From positions 3,998-67,997 of the IMG/VR virus record IMGVR_UViG_3300035698_003924: 64,000 bases of DNA; one strand, written 5' to 3'. The notes beneath the pieces are model-generated. The model was given only the letters and a program-made list of their open reading frames with translations. It was not told where the DNA came from and searched no databases. The position numbers and the translations under genes were made by a program. This document shows positions 1-10,318 of this stretch, one piece after another. Source of the DNA: a virus. Every line of letters begins with the position of its first letter. Within the stretch, counting starts at the first letter, position 1.

Positions 1-2532
1 ACTACAGTCGCGCCAACCTCGACGACCACAACTGAAGGCCCGACCACAACGACCACGACAGCCGCGCCCACAACGACCACAACGACCACTACCGGTGCAC
101 CGACCTCGACGACTACGACAGTCGCACCGACCTCGACGACCACCACGGCAGCGCCGGACTGCAACAGTTGTAATCCTGCTCTACCGAATCAAATGTGTAT
201 CACCCTCGTGGGTCTCGCAGGCGATCTAGCCGTTTGGAATGGCGCCAATACCGTGACATTCACCACTGGGTGCAGATGGCATCTAACTGATGGCACCGCA
301 GATTTGGAGTTATACTATGCCGGCGATCACTGGTGGCTTTATGCGAGTTCGGGGCCGAGCTGTATCAAGACCTGGGTGGGACCATCGGAACCCTCAGATA
401 GCAAACCGTGTGCACCCTGGGATGCAACGTTCAGCGAAGATGACTGCATCGGCAGTCTTTGCGCAGATCCGCAGACCTGTGGTGATAGTGCCGGAGCTAC
501 TGCTGTGGTGGCTTCGGGTGCTTGTACTACAACGACCACGACAGCCGCGCCCACAACGACCACATCAACGACCACCACGGCAGCGCCGGACTGCAACAGT
601 TGTAATCCTGCTCTACCGAATCAAATGTGCCTGACCATCGCAGGCTTAGAGGGTGACCTAGCGCTGTGGAATGGCGAACACACAGTAACCTGGGTATCGG
701 GCTGCAACTGGCTGAAGGATTTGGGCGGCGGCGATGAACTGCTCCTAGAGTATATTACTGATTCTTTGTGGTACATCTCTGCCAATGTTGGCGATGCCGA
801 CTGTTCAATGCAGTGGGAAGATAGCGCTGGCCCGATCCATGATGCTCCCTGCGATCCGTGGAATGTTACATACGTTATCGCAGACTGCATATCTAACTCC
901 TGCAGCGATCCGTCAACGTGCGGCGAGAGTGGGGCCGCAACAGTCTCAGTCGTTTCGGGTGCTTGTACTACAACGACCACGACAGCCGCGCCCACAACGA
1001 CCACAACGACCACTACCAGTGCACCAACGTCTACGACGACCACGACCACGACCACGACTCACGCCCCGACATGTAATGATTGTTGGCCCGACTTGCCGCC
1101 GACACTATGTGTGACGCTAAACGGCTTGGGTACGGGCTTCAGCTACTGGAATGGTGCACATGAGATCACACAGCTGTCTGCCGGCTCATGTACGTACTCG
1201 GCTTCCGATGGTGACAAATACCTGATATTGAGCTATGATACAGGCAGATGGTACACAAAAATCACCGAAGATTTCGGCGGCAGTTGTACCAAGCAGATGG
1301 AACTCGTGGCCGGGGAGCATACCTGCGCCCCTTGGGATGGCGTTTGGAGAGCAGTAGACTGCGGTAACATTTGCTCTTACGGCGACGCGTGTTTGGACAG
1401 CGCAGACGCTACCTTATCAATAGCTAACACGGGTACCTGCACGACCTCCACAACGGCTGCACCCGTATCTACTACCACCACAACCGTTGGCCCCGGCTGC
1501 TTGGGTCAGCAAGTTTTCACTGAGTTCGTTGAGGCTGACCCCACAGACTTCTTGACTATGACACCCACGAAGATTCAAGGAATCGATATTAGCACCCGTG
1601 CAGATGCTTGGGCGTATAAAGACTGCTGCGAGGGCTACTTCAATGAGTTGGATATTGATTTTGAGCTCAGGGTCAATGACGCTACCGGAAGCACAAGTTT
1701 TGGTACTTTCGCGGTGTCGAATGTGGTGGACACTGTTACGCACTGGATTTCTAGTAGCGACCAAGCCCTAGTTGTCTGGGTCTATGCTTTCAGCGGGTCG
1801 GTAGATATCTACTTCTCGAATACTGAACTTGGCACCTTTGACTCCATATCCGTCGGAGTGGGCACCAAGTTTTATCTCTCAGTAATCAGGGAGACAGGCG
1901 CTACCACAGCTGAGTGTAGGATCTATACGGACTTCGCTAGGACGCAACTGGCCGTCACTTTGAGTGTGACTGTGACTGCCGGCAGGTCTTGGAAAAATCT
2001 CTTCGGGTTCGTCAGCTTCAATTCTGGCGCCGGCGGTTACTGTGATGCAGACATTGAGAACATGGTCGTGCACTCAGGTAGTTGTGCTGACGACCTCGAA
2101 GTAGATAGTGTGACGCTGACAGAGGGTACGTTGGCCACTGGCGATCTGGATAGTCTCACGACGGTAGATGCTGACTATTATCAGATCACAGAGGTCACGG
2201 GTACACCCGGCTTTGATCTGCGATTCAATTTTGTCGATGTGTGTTCCGAGATTTTCTATATCAAGTTCGTGGGCCAGTACGACGGCAACCCCGCCCACAT
2301 AGTAAAAGCCCAGTGGTGGAACTACGATACCTCAGCTTGGGTAGATGCAACAGCAGAGTCCACGGACTTCCCCAGTCAGGCGCCTGACTATGTGCGCACA
2401 TTCGATATACCCAGTGCAGATTATGTTGAGGGCTGTGAGGCGATCTTCCGTATTAATCACACCTCTCCGGGCGACACAAATCACGAGTTCTACATCGACC
2501 AGTTGGTACTCTTAGCTGGAGTCGCCCCATAA
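1..2532 (+). CDS. Mucin-like virion/tail-associated protein: Thr/Pro tracts alternating with Cys-rich repeat domains, C-terminal beta-sandwich domains (5' end outside window)
   Basis: Frame 1 is open from base 1 (TTVAPTSTTTTEGPTTTT...) into the listed ORF 193-2532; three ~120-aa Cys-rich domains separated by poly-Thr linkers; lies in the tail gene region. Confidence 0.7.
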   Translation, partial: TTVAPTSTTTTEGPTTTTTTAAPTTTTTTTTGAPTSTTTTVAPTSTTTTAAPDCNSCNPALPNQMCITLVGLAGDLAVWNGANTVTFTTGCRWHLTDGTADLELYYAGDHWWLYASSGPSCIKTWVGPSEPSDSKPCAPWDATFSEDDCIGSLCADPQTCGDSAGATAVVASGACTTTTTTAAPTTTTSTTTTAAPDCNSCNPALPNQMCLTIAGLEGDLALWNGEHTVTWVSGCNWLKDLGGGDELLLEYITDSLWYISANVGDADCSMQWEDSAGPIHDAPCDPWNVTYVIADCISNSCSDPSTCGESGAATVSVVSGACTTTTTTAAPTTTTTTTTSAPTSTTTTTTTTTHAPTCNDCWPDLPPTLCVTLNGLGTGFSYWNGAHEITQLSAGSCTYSASDGDKYLILSYDTGRWYTKITEDFGGSCTKQMELVAGEHTCAPWDGVWRAVDCGNICSYGDACLDSADATLSIANTGTCTTSTTAAPVSTTTTTVGPGCLGQQVFTEFVEADPTDFLTMTPTKIQGIDISTRADAWAYKDCCEGYFNELDIDFELRVNDATGSTSFGTFAVSNVVDTVTHWISSSDQALVVWVYAFSGSVDIYFSNTELGTFDSISVGVGTKFYLSVIRETGATTAECRIYTDFARTQLAVTLSVTVTAGRSWKNLFGFVSFNSGAGGYCDADIENMVVHSGSCADDLEVDSVTLTEGTLATGDLDSLTTVDADYYQITEVTGTPGFDLRFNFVDVCSEIFYIKFVGQYDGNPAHIVKAQWWNYDTSAWVDATAESTDFPSQAPDYVRTFDIPSADYVEGCEAIFRINHTSPGDTNHEFYIDQLVLLAGVAP
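148..1005 (+). repeat. Internal near-identical DNA repeats at domain junctions of the mucin-like gene
   Basis: gcagcgccggactgcaacagttgtaatcctgctctaccgaatcaaatgtg at ~148 and ~580; ggtgcttgtactacaacgaccacgacagccgcgcccacaacgaccaca at ~517 and ~958. Confidence 0.9.
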
Positions 2533-5414
2533 TGGTAAGAACACTCTCGTCAAATCTGGCTACTAAGGTTGCTACGCTCCACGGCACAGAGCCATACTAC
2601 GTTGTCAAGATCGAGTGGACCAGCGGTACTGTGTGCTATGCTAGCAAGGCCAAGGTGTTTGATGGCTTCAACTGTAAAGCATACCTCCAGAATACTGGTG
2701 ACATATCTGCGGTGGCTAACACCGACAACTATGGGGAGTCCTCCACATTTAGTATCGTATTGTTCGGTGAGACTGGCTCATTGAAAGATATACTTGATAC
2801 CGATGTGATGGAGCGTACCACCGCTACGTTGTATATGATGTTTGAGAATATCGACGATGCTGACGCGTTGATCTTAATCAAGGGTGTTGTCTCTGGCGAT
2901 ATAGCTTACTCCGAGATTGACCGTAAGCTGTCGTTTGAAATTGAATCAATCATCGACTCGAATGAAATCGGCTATGCCCCGGCAGAGGACGAGTTCGCCA
3001 ACCTCAATCCAGACGGTGTGGATAAAGCATGGCCTCTGTGTTATGGTACAGTCTTGCGTGTACCGACTGCCCCAGTATATAAGAAAATCCACAGCATCAC
3101 AACTGTCGCGATACAGGGCTTCTTCAGTACCGGCACTATCGTAATGGCTAAGGTATTCGAGGAAGGTCCGACGCTGACATTTACCTGCGGCGGCCTGAAG
3201 TTCACTGGGACCGTGGACGGTACTCTAATAACTTTCGTCACGATGAATGACAGTTATTACACAGATGTAGCCATCCTAGACCGCCCACTCCCCGCTGATG
3301 ATCCTAGCTACTTTGACGCCTCGGTCTGTTGGGTCAGCTCTGACGTAGACCTTACGAACAAATACTGTACCGTGTTCGATCTGGCTATGGGCGGTTGGGC
3401 GGTCAACTGGTGTATCCGTCAAGAGGGCACGAAGTGCCACTTTGTGAAGCCCTGGGGTTCCGTGAATCAGCAGAAGGCACTTGATTCTACTAACGTCATG
3501 ACTGACGTAGCCGGATTCCCCAAACCAAGTTGGCCGGCCGACATGACCGTACCGTCGTCACTGTATGATTACAACTGGCGGCTCGGTTCTTGGGAAGTAA
3601 ACGGCGACTTCTCTGGCTATATCCTGACGCCAGACAGCTACGAGATACTCCCGCACAGTGTCTTTCTGCAGCTCACGGGTGTCGATGATGTGTACGTTTG
3701 TAACCTGGGCGCGACCACAGCTATACTGGAAGTATTCAGTCACCGCCCCGTCAATGGCGAGAAAGCCCTAGCACCCATACCCTCTCGCTATTATGCCACG
3801 AACTTGAGTGACACCATCAACGGTAAGAGTTGTACTACTCTCACTTTCTATGTACCTCTGGCACAGCGCGACGATGGTGCGTGGGAAGATGAGATTTATG
3901 TATCATTGACCTCAGCTAAATCCTCGAGTACCCCGGCCATCATTGAAGATTTACTGACAACCTACACGAACATCACTGTAGATGCGGCCAGTTTCGCGGC
4001 GGTGGCAGCTGACCTAGCCACCTACCCCTCGCATGTAGCCTTCTTGGAGCAAGAAGATGCGTTGAGCTTATGTGAGGAAATCGCATACGAGGCTCGCTGT
4101 GCGCTGTACGTATACAATAATGTGGCGTACCTGAAGTATCTGTCTAAGGCACCGGCATCCACCGTAGCTATCAGCGACGCTGATACTATCGACGGGTCTG
4201 TGCGCATGATGTTCACGACCTACGAGGACGTCGAAACGCGGGTTGATGCAAACTGGAAGTTGGACTACTCCGGTGAAGAAGATACGGAGTGGGTCTATAC
4301 TTACAAGAATAACATAGAGGCGTATGGTCTCCGTGAAGAAGAGCGCACCTACAAGATTTACAACATCAAGGCCTTGGTCAAAGCCTCCGTGGACTTTTGG
4401 GGTCACAGGGATTCAAACATCTGGCGTGTTGTATCATTCAGTACGCCGCTACAGACTACGGCCCTGCAACTGTTTGACGACGTATCTCTGAGCCTAGCCA
4501 TCTTGAGCAGTAATACAATCGATGGTATCGTGATCGACCAGAAGTTTGCAGTAGCCGGGGACACGGTCACATATAAGGTGCTACTCGCCTCCCGCGCGGG
4601 TGTTTCCGATGGTGGTGGCCAGCCCCTGGAAGAATCAGATTTTTGGTCTGTGGCAGCCGTATCAGTCACTAACCCCGGCCTCGGCCTGTCACAGACCGAC
4701 TACATTGTAGACTTCGTAGAGAACCCCGGCTCTGGCAATACCCACGGTAGCAAGTACACCGAGGGTAACGGCTCTGTGACTGTGGCACCTACCGCCCCGG
4801 CTACGCCGACTCCGACTACACCGCCCACTACATCGGCGCCCGGCTGTAGCTATAGTGACCCATTCACCCGCGCCAATGAGAATCCACTTTCGACGCCATA
4901 CGCTCTTATCAACACCGATGGCACCCCTGATAACATGCAGCTCATTACTAATCGTGTGGTCAAGTCAATCAGCACCGGCGAACAGTTCGCTGTGTACTAC
5001 CGTGTTGCGTGTGACGCGGACCATTATGCACAGGTAGACTATAATATAGTATACGGGGGATCGCCAACAGGGTGGGGTGCCGTTGCTGTTCGTTTTGCCG
5101 CTACTCCTGATGCTTACCCTGCTTACTTGGCCAGGATCACTGGTAACGGGATTCTTACTATAGATAGACTCACGGACTACGGGCCGCCAGCAACCTACGA
5201 TACCCTGGGCACCATTTATGGCCAACCGTCAGCGGGCACACTGAAGCTGACGGTTATCGGCGATGAGCTGCGGGCATACATAGACGGCAACTTGAAGCTG
5301 ACTATAACCGATACAGCCATAGCTGGCGAACCTGCTACAGCTTTTGGTGCCGGCAATACCGCTGGTAGCAGTTCGGCTACCTTCCTAGATAATTTTGAGA
5401 CAGGTGACTTATGA
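2532..5414 (+). CDS. Tail tip / baseplate hub-like protein with Pro/Thr linker and C-terminal lectin-like domain
   Basis: 960 aa acidic beta-rich protein; WPLCYG motif typical of tail tip proteins; translationally coupled (TAATG) to the upstream gene. Confidence 0.6.
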   Translation: MVRTLSSNLATKVATLHGTEPYYVVKIEWTSGTVCYASKAKVFDGFNCKAYLQNTGDISAVANTDNYGESSTFSIVLFGETGSLKDILDTDVMERTTATLYMMFENIDDADALILIKGVVSGDIAYSEIDRKLSFEIESIIDSNEIGYAPAEDEFANLNPDGVDKAWPLCYGTVLRVPTAPVYKKIHSITTVAIQGFFSTGTIVMAKVFEEGPTLTFTCGGLKFTGTVDGTLITFVTMNDSYYTDVAILDRPLPADDPSYFDASVCWVSSDVDLTNKYCTVFDLAMGGWAVNWCIRQEGTKCHFVKPWGSVNQQKALDSTNVMTDVAGFPKPSWPADMTVPSSLYDYNWRLGSWEVNGDFSGYILTPDSYEILPHSVFLQLTGVDDVYVCNLGATTAILEVFSHRPVNGEKALAPIPSRYYATNLSDTINGKSCTTLTFYVPLAQRDDGAWEDEIYVSLTSAKSSSTPAIIEDLLTTYTNITVDAASFAAVAADLATYPSHVAFLEQEDALSLCEEIAYEARCALYVYNNVAYLKYLSKAPASTVAISDADTIDGSVRMMFTTYEDVETRVDANWKLDYSGEEDTEWVYTYKNNIEAYGLREEERTYKIYNIKALVKASVDFWGHRDSNIWRVVSFSTPLQTTALQLFDDVSLSLAILSSNTIDGIVIDQKFAVAGDTVTYKVLLASRAGVSDGGGQPLEESDFWSVAAVSVTNPGLGLSQTDYIVDFVENPGSGNTHGSKYTEGNGSVTVAPTAPATPTPTTPPTTSAPGCSYSDPFTRANENPLSTPYALINTDGTPDNMQLITNRVVKSISTGEQFAVYYRVACDADHYAQVDYNIVYGGSPTGWGAVAVRFAATPDAYPAYLARITGNGILTIDRLTDYGPPATYDTLGTIYGQPSAGTLKLTVIGDELRAYIDGNLKLTITDTAIAGEPATAFGAGNTAGSSSATFLDNFETGDL

Positions 5415-5854
5415 GCGCATACTTAGAATACTGGGTGGCCGCCACCGATCTGCCGAAACTAGCAAAAGCCGAGATAGGCTATGTCAGTAATAACTTACAA
5501 AGAATCGGCGGCACGGTGAACATACTCATACTGTTCAGCGATATGCACAGACTGCGTAAGGCCGGCGTCGCGCTAACAACTTTTGAAGATGGGTCACCCG
5601 AAGGTGTGTGTATGATTAACATCATACGGGCGGGCCTCAAGAATGGTAAGTGGCGGCGCCGTACCGTTCGGCGCATGGCACTGGATGCCATGAATCATAT
5701 CACTGTTGAAGCCATAGTTAGGATAGTGGTTAATCTGTATGAGCGCGGGCTGGACATTGAGATATGCTTGCTTATAGTCAAAGATGCCGGAATCGAAGCA
5801 CCTTTTATGAGAGAGATTGATGCCCGACTCGCCAAGCGTGGAAGCACAACTTAG
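5411..5854 (+). CDS. Hypothetical protein
   Basis: ATGA overlap with upstream gene; 147 aa. Confidence 0.6.
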   Translation: MSAYLEYWVAATDLPKLAKAEIGYVSNNLQRIGGTVNILILFSDMHRLRKAGVALTTFEDGSPEGVCMINIIRAGLKNGKWRRRTVRRMALDAMNHITVEAIVRIVVNLYERGLDIEICLLIVKDAGIEAPFMREIDARLAKRGSTT

Positions 5855-7592
5855 GCAGAAACTTATGGAGTTGCGGTTTGGGGTTACCACAACTACGCCC
5901 AAGCCCATATTAGCGCCGGTGCCGCGCCCGCCCAATAAGACAAGTGGCTGTGGGCCGTGTCAGGCTAAGATGCTGGCTGCTACAAAAGCGGCTAGCGGTA
6001 GCCCGATGCGGCTGTCTGTGATTGCAGCGGCGGCTAATGAGGGCAACTGGGTTCGCAGCACCTTTGCCAACGTCGAGGCCGACATGCCAGAGGCAGAGCG
6101 TATTGTCTGTGATGATGCTTCTACGGACGGGTGCTGTGACGCGCTAGGTGACGCCACTGTCCTACGCTCTAATGTTCGCCGGGGTGCTGGCATGTCCCGT
6201 AGCATAGCAATGGCGGCAGCCACAGGTAACGTTCTTGCCAGTATCGACCCACATGAAGAATACTCCCCCGGCCTATTTCAGGGCATGGCACAGTTTGTTT
6301 TAGAGAATCAGTGCATCGCCTGTCCGTCAGTAGCCTCTATGGAAGATAGGGCTGCACAGGGATGTGGTGCACATCTGAAGTATGTTGATGAACATGGCTT
6401 CCCGGTTATCAAGTATAATTCAGTCCCGCAGGATAAGAGTCCACGGTTGACCGAAGCCGTAGTTGGTGCCGCGTACTTCATGCCGCGAACAATCTATAAC
6501 AGGCTGCCGAGCTGGCCGTCTATCATAGACATATGGGGCTACGAAGAAGAAACGCTGGCTATCTGGGCGTACATGCAGGGGATCAAGACGTATGCCCTAC
6601 CTGAACACACGGTGTACCATTACTACCGGGACGGGAAAGTTGTGCCGTGGGGAGGGCCAACAACTGAGGGCATCCTACTCAATGCTCAGGCTGCGCTATT
6701 CATGCTGTTCGAGCGCGGGACCTATGACGAGCATTTCGCGAAGAATGAGTCACGGATCATTACACCCGCGTTGAAGAACAAATTGGCTTTACTCAAAGCC
6801 GGGACAGCTTATGATACAGGCCAGTGGAAGATTGGAAAAATCCGCTCGGACGAACAGACTCTAACTGAGTTGCTTCAAATGACTGCCCCGGCCAACCCCA
6901 AAGTATCTGTCATTGTCCCCACATATAATAGAGACGAGCTACTGCAACACGGATTGAAATCATTACGCAGCCAGTCGCTCGACGCCGAGATTATCGTAGT
7001 CGATGATGGTGGGTCGCACCCGAGCACCACGCGCAAACATTGTGAGACATACGGCGCGAGATACATCCGACTGGAGTCTCCAGACAGACGGGTACCTAGT
7101 GTCCCGATCAATGCCGGGGTTAGGGCTGCGACAGGCGATATCATAGTGCTGACTTGCCCTGAGATTTATCATCTACAGCCCGATACGTTATCCCTACTCG
7201 TAGAGCCGCTGTATATCAATGATACAATACACACAACATGCAAGGGTTGGGATGACTCCGGCGCTGTTCTAACGGCGGTACGGAACGGGGAGACTGTTTC
7301 CGCGCAGATATACAAAAACATGGGCGTGTTGCAAACAGACTTCCCGTTCTTTTTAGCCCTGCACAAGAAACATTTTGAGGCTATCGGCGGCTACGATGAA
7401 GGCTACTTGGGTTGGGGCTTCGAGGATTACGACTTCATCACTCGCATACAGGCACATGGCCTCCATAAGAAAGTTACAGGCGCTGAGATTATCCACTTAT
7501 CCCACGAGCGATTCAATGATGCAGAGTTGCTGAAGCTGAACACCGATAGATTCAATGCTATGAAGGGTACGATTGTGAGGAATCAAAAGTGA
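5817..7592 (+). CDS. Bifunctional glycosyltransferase: N-terminal polypeptide-GalNAc-transferase-like domain plus C-terminal GT2/GT7-like domain
   Basis: Domain 1: NEG, DDAS, DPHEE (DxH), IDIWGYEE, VYHYYR; domain 2: VSVIVPTYNR, VVDDGG, IGGYDEGYLGWGFEDYDF. Confidence 0.85.
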   Translation: MMPDSPSVEAQLRQKLMELRFGVTTTTPKPILAPVPRPPNKTSGCGPCQAKMLAATKAASGSPMRLSVIAAAANEGNWVRSTFANVEADMPEAERIVCDDASTDGCCDALGDATVLRSNVRRGAGMSRSIAMAAATGNVLASIDPHEEYSPGLFQGMAQFVLENQCIACPSVASMEDRAAQGCGAHLKYVDEHGFPVIKYNSVPQDKSPRLTEAVVGAAYFMPRTIYNRLPSWPSIIDIWGYEEETLAIWAYMQGIKTYALPEHTVYHYYRDGKVVPWGGPTTEGILLNAQAALFMLFERGTYDEHFAKNESRIITPALKNKLALLKAGTAYDTGQWKIGKIRSDEQTLTELLQMTAPANPKVSVIVPTYNRDELLQHGLKSLRSQSLDAEIIVVDDGGSHPSTTRKHCETYGARYIRLESPDRRVPSVPINAGVRAATGDIIVLTCPEIYHLQPDTLSLLVEPLYINDTIHTTCKGWDDSGAVLTAVRNGETVSAQIYKNMGVLQTDFPFFLALHKKHFEAIGGYDEGYLGWGFEDYDFITRIQAHGLHKKVTGAEIIHLSHERFNDAELLKLNTDRFNAMKGTIVRNQK

Positions 7593-8167
7593 TTAAGCAA
7601 CTGTATATCTTAGAGGGAGATATTCATCTTGGACCGACTGAAGGTGAGGGCGCGTTTCGTTGTAGTCTTGGTGATATTGTGGGTACTTATGGCAATTCAA
7701 TATGGTGGCTGCCGCTGGAGTATCTCACAGGGGTAAAGATTCTAAATACGCACCCAAGCAAAACTGAACGGGGCGCGTGGCGGGATATCTACGCGCGGCA
7801 GATTGCGCTTGCTGATGTCCTGCAAGGATTGAAACACTCTATAAAATACTGGCCCAATATCCAGGGCGTTACGGTGGTCCGCCATACCGGAACGTATACG
7901 AACTATGAGTATATTCGTGGTAGGGCAGACGTCGAGACCCTAACCAATCTGGATACCTACTACCCGGCGTGGATCATGACGGAGTACATATCAGACCCCA
8001 CTAAGGTGATGCATTCTCTGCCTTGGGAGACGATGTGTGATGCTTTCAGTGCCGACGGTATCGAGCTTCACCATGATTGTATATGGGGACGTCAATACAG
8101 CGCGGATGTTTGGGGTAATATAAAGCTGCTTGATATAACCGACACGGCTGGTAAGAAATACCTGTAA
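7589..8167 (+). CDS. Protein-kinase-like fold enzyme (possible glycan kinase)
   Basis: GEGAF Gly loop, GVKIL lysine, IMTEYI hinge, HHD catalytic loop, IKLLDI metal-binding strand. Confidence 0.5.
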   Translation: MIKQLYILEGDIHLGPTEGEGAFRCSLGDIVGTYGNSIWWLPLEYLTGVKILNTHPSKTERGAWRDIYARQIALADVLQGLKHSIKYWPNIQGVTVVRHTGTYTNYEYIRGRADVETLTNLDTYYPAWIMTEYISDPTKVMHSLPWETMCDAFSADGIELHHDCIWGRQYSADVWGNIKLLDITDTAGKKYL

Positions 8168-8184
8168 CTTCGAGGGAGCAAATT

Positions 8185-8799
8185 GTGGCTAAGAACGCTG
8201 GCGTACACTATCAAGGATTGGACCTGAAGGGCGTGAAGCACGAAGGCCGGGACCGTAGACCAGAGTATGATCTGATTTTCCCTGACGGTGTGGTGGGTCA
8301 GAGCATCTTGGACATTGGCTGCAACATCGGCTACTATGTCTTTGAGGCATGGGCCAACGGCGCTTCACGCTGTATGGGTGTTGATCGCTCTACGGAGTAC
8401 CATCTCAAGTCGCTGCAGCTACTTGCAAAACTAGGCAACCCCGACACGCTGGCTTTCACATTGGCGAACACGCGCGTATGGAATCCGGATCAGCTCTACG
8501 ATACAGTCCTGTGTCTGAATGTTCTACATCACTGTGTAACCAAAGATAGGGCTGTTGTTCTACTGAAACAGTTGGACAGCTGGTCAACGAAGCGTATCGT
8601 CTTAGTCCTCACACCCGTAGGCGAAACACCGCCAGCTATCGAGGGCGGAGACACCTGGGCTATCGAACGTTGCGCTAAGGATATTCCCCGCGTGAGACTG
8701 ATGCCTGAGTTCATGCAGGAGTTGTGGCCCAACTATACCGTAACATCCTGCCCGTCAATCGTCAACGAGGGCCGGACGATTGTGAGTATCGTGAAATGA
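8185..8799 (+). CDS. Class I SAM-dependent methyltransferase
   Basis: ILDIGCNIGYY motif I, MGVD, YDTVLCLNVLHH. Confidence 0.85.
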   Translation: MAKNAGVHYQGLDLKGVKHEGRDRRPEYDLIFPDGVVGQSILDIGCNIGYYVFEAWANGASRCMGVDRSTEYHLKSLQLLAKLGNPDTLAFTLANTRVWNPDQLYDTVLCLNVLHHCVTKDRAVVLLKQLDSWSTKRIVLVLTPVGETPPAIEGGDTWAIERCAKDIPRVRLMPEFMQELWPNYTVTSCPSIVNEGRTIVSIVK

Positions 8800-9038
8800 A
8801 ACTCGGCCCGGATTCCACATTGATAGCTCCGCACAGAGGTAAGCCGCCTGTGTGCCCCGAAGGCTATATACGCGACGGTGATCCCTTTGTGTTCATACCT
8901 ATACTACCGGCTTGCAGCCACCGTATAACTAAGAAAGTCAAGTCAGCCTGTTGCCCCGGTCAGGGATTGAGGTGGTGTTCTTTGAAAGAATGTACCCGCT
9001 GTAATACACTGTGTCTGGAGTGTGTGGACTATGCATAA
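8796..9038 (+). CDS. Small Cys-rich hypothetical protein
   Basis: ATG at 8796 overlaps the upstream stop; multiple Cys. Confidence 0.5.
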   Translation: MKLGPDSTLIAPHRGKPPVCPEGYIRDGDPFVFIPILPACSHRITKKVKSACCPGQGLRWCSLKECTRCNTLCLECVDYA

Positions 9039-9783
9039 ATGCACTATACTTATGACCACATACCAGCGTGATGCCCTGCTGGAGTTGGGCCTACAGAGCC
9101 TAGCCAATCAGGACTTAGCCAGCAAAGACGTAGAAATTCTCGTGTTGGACGATTGTGCGAATCCCGATACGAGTACCAGAGCTATTGCTACGCAGCATGG
9201 CGCACAGTATCTAGCCACATCATCCGGCGATCCTAACTGGAGGATACCCGGATTCGCATTGAACATTGGTGTACAGCGCAGCGATTCAGAGTATATTATC
9301 ATATCTTGTGCCGAGATGTATCATGTCGATGAAGAAACAGTCTCGGATCTAATAGGTATCCTCGATCAGGATAAGGACGCCATTGCCATAACCGGCGGCA
9401 AGAACGACGTGCGCGGTAGGTATCTGGCTGAACTCACTACGACAGGTAAGCATGATCTGTCAGCATACCAAGATTGTGCAGATCTGAAAACACATCTGCC
9501 GTTCTTCATGGGTATGCACCGCAATGTTTTCATGAGCGTACGCGGCTACGACGAGGACTTCACAGGTCAGGCTTGGGACGACAATGATTTAGTTGATCGG
9601 CTGCTGCTTTACGGCTGCGAGTACACCCAAGCAGAGTCCCGTGTCGTACACCTGTATCATGGCCGGCAGTCATTAGGCCGTGAGGAAGATCATAAGGAAC
9701 GGTGGGCGCGTAACTTGCGCCTGTACACTGAACGTAAAGGTGTTATACTCCGCAACATCGGCAAACATTGGGGGACATTGTAA
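9031..9783 (+). CDS. Glycosyltransferase family 2 with GT7-like C-terminus
   Basis: ILMTTYQR, VLDD, RGYDEDFTGQAWDDNDL, VVHLYH; paralogous to the C-terminal domain of 5817-7592. Confidence 0.85.
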   Translation: MHKCTILMTTYQRDALLELGLQSLANQDLASKDVEILVLDDCANPDTSTRAIATQHGAQYLATSSGDPNWRIPGFALNIGVQRSDSEYIIISCAEMYHVDEETVSDLIGILDQDKDAIAITGGKNDVRGRYLAELTTTGKHDLSAYQDCADLKTHLPFFMGMHRNVFMSVRGYDEDFTGQAWDDNDLVDRLLLYGCEYTQAESRVVHLYHGRQSLGREEDHKERWARNLRLYTERKGVILRNIGKHWGTL

Positions 9784-9784
9784 A

Positions 9785-10318
9785 ATGTTCATCTCTCTTC
9801 CAGACTGGATACAATACGAGACTGAAGGCCACGACGTTGTTGTGGAGTTTGGCGCGGGTCTTTTCAAGCGTATCAACCTCGTGGACTGCCCCTACCGCAT
9901 CGGTATCGAAATCTCTGAGAAGTATATTGCAGAAGCCGGAAAACTCGGGCGGCTAAAAGACTGTGCAGCCGTCTGCGGTGACATACGGGAATACTACAAA
10001 CTGATACCCCACTGTACGTATGACTGCGCTATGATTATTGACGTACTAGAACACCTGCCCGCCAAGGATGCTAAGCAGTTCATAGCCAGCTTGCAACGAA
10101 ACTTCAATAAAATCTTGTTGATGATACCCGCTGGCAGGTATATTCAGCAGGGCGACCCCACTGGCTTCGGCGAGCATGAGTACCAGACGCATCGGAGCTA
10201 CTGGAAAGTTCCCGATATTGTGAAGATGGGCTTCCAGGAAATTATACTCATGCCCGGTTACCATAAGATCGCACCCAAAACAGGTTGTATATTTGCCACT
10301 TGGAGGAATGATGGATAA
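9785..10318 (+). CDS. Class I SAM-dependent methyltransferase
   Basis: VVEFGAG, IGIE, GDI, DVLEHL motifs. Confidence 0.8.
   Translation: MFISLPDWIQYETEGHDVVVEFGAGLFKRINLVDCPYRIGIEISEKYIAEAGKLGRLKDCAAVCGDIREYYKLIPHCTYDCAMIIDVLEHLPAKDAKQFIASLQRNFNKILLMIPAGRYIQQGDPTGFGEHEYQTHRSYWKVPDIVKMGFQEIILMPGYHKIAPKTGCIFATWRNDG

Noticed and set aside
148-1005. Diversity-generating retroelement template/variable repeat pair
   Set aside because: The repeats are in-frame domain junctions without adenine-specific mismatches, and no reverse transcriptase is in the window
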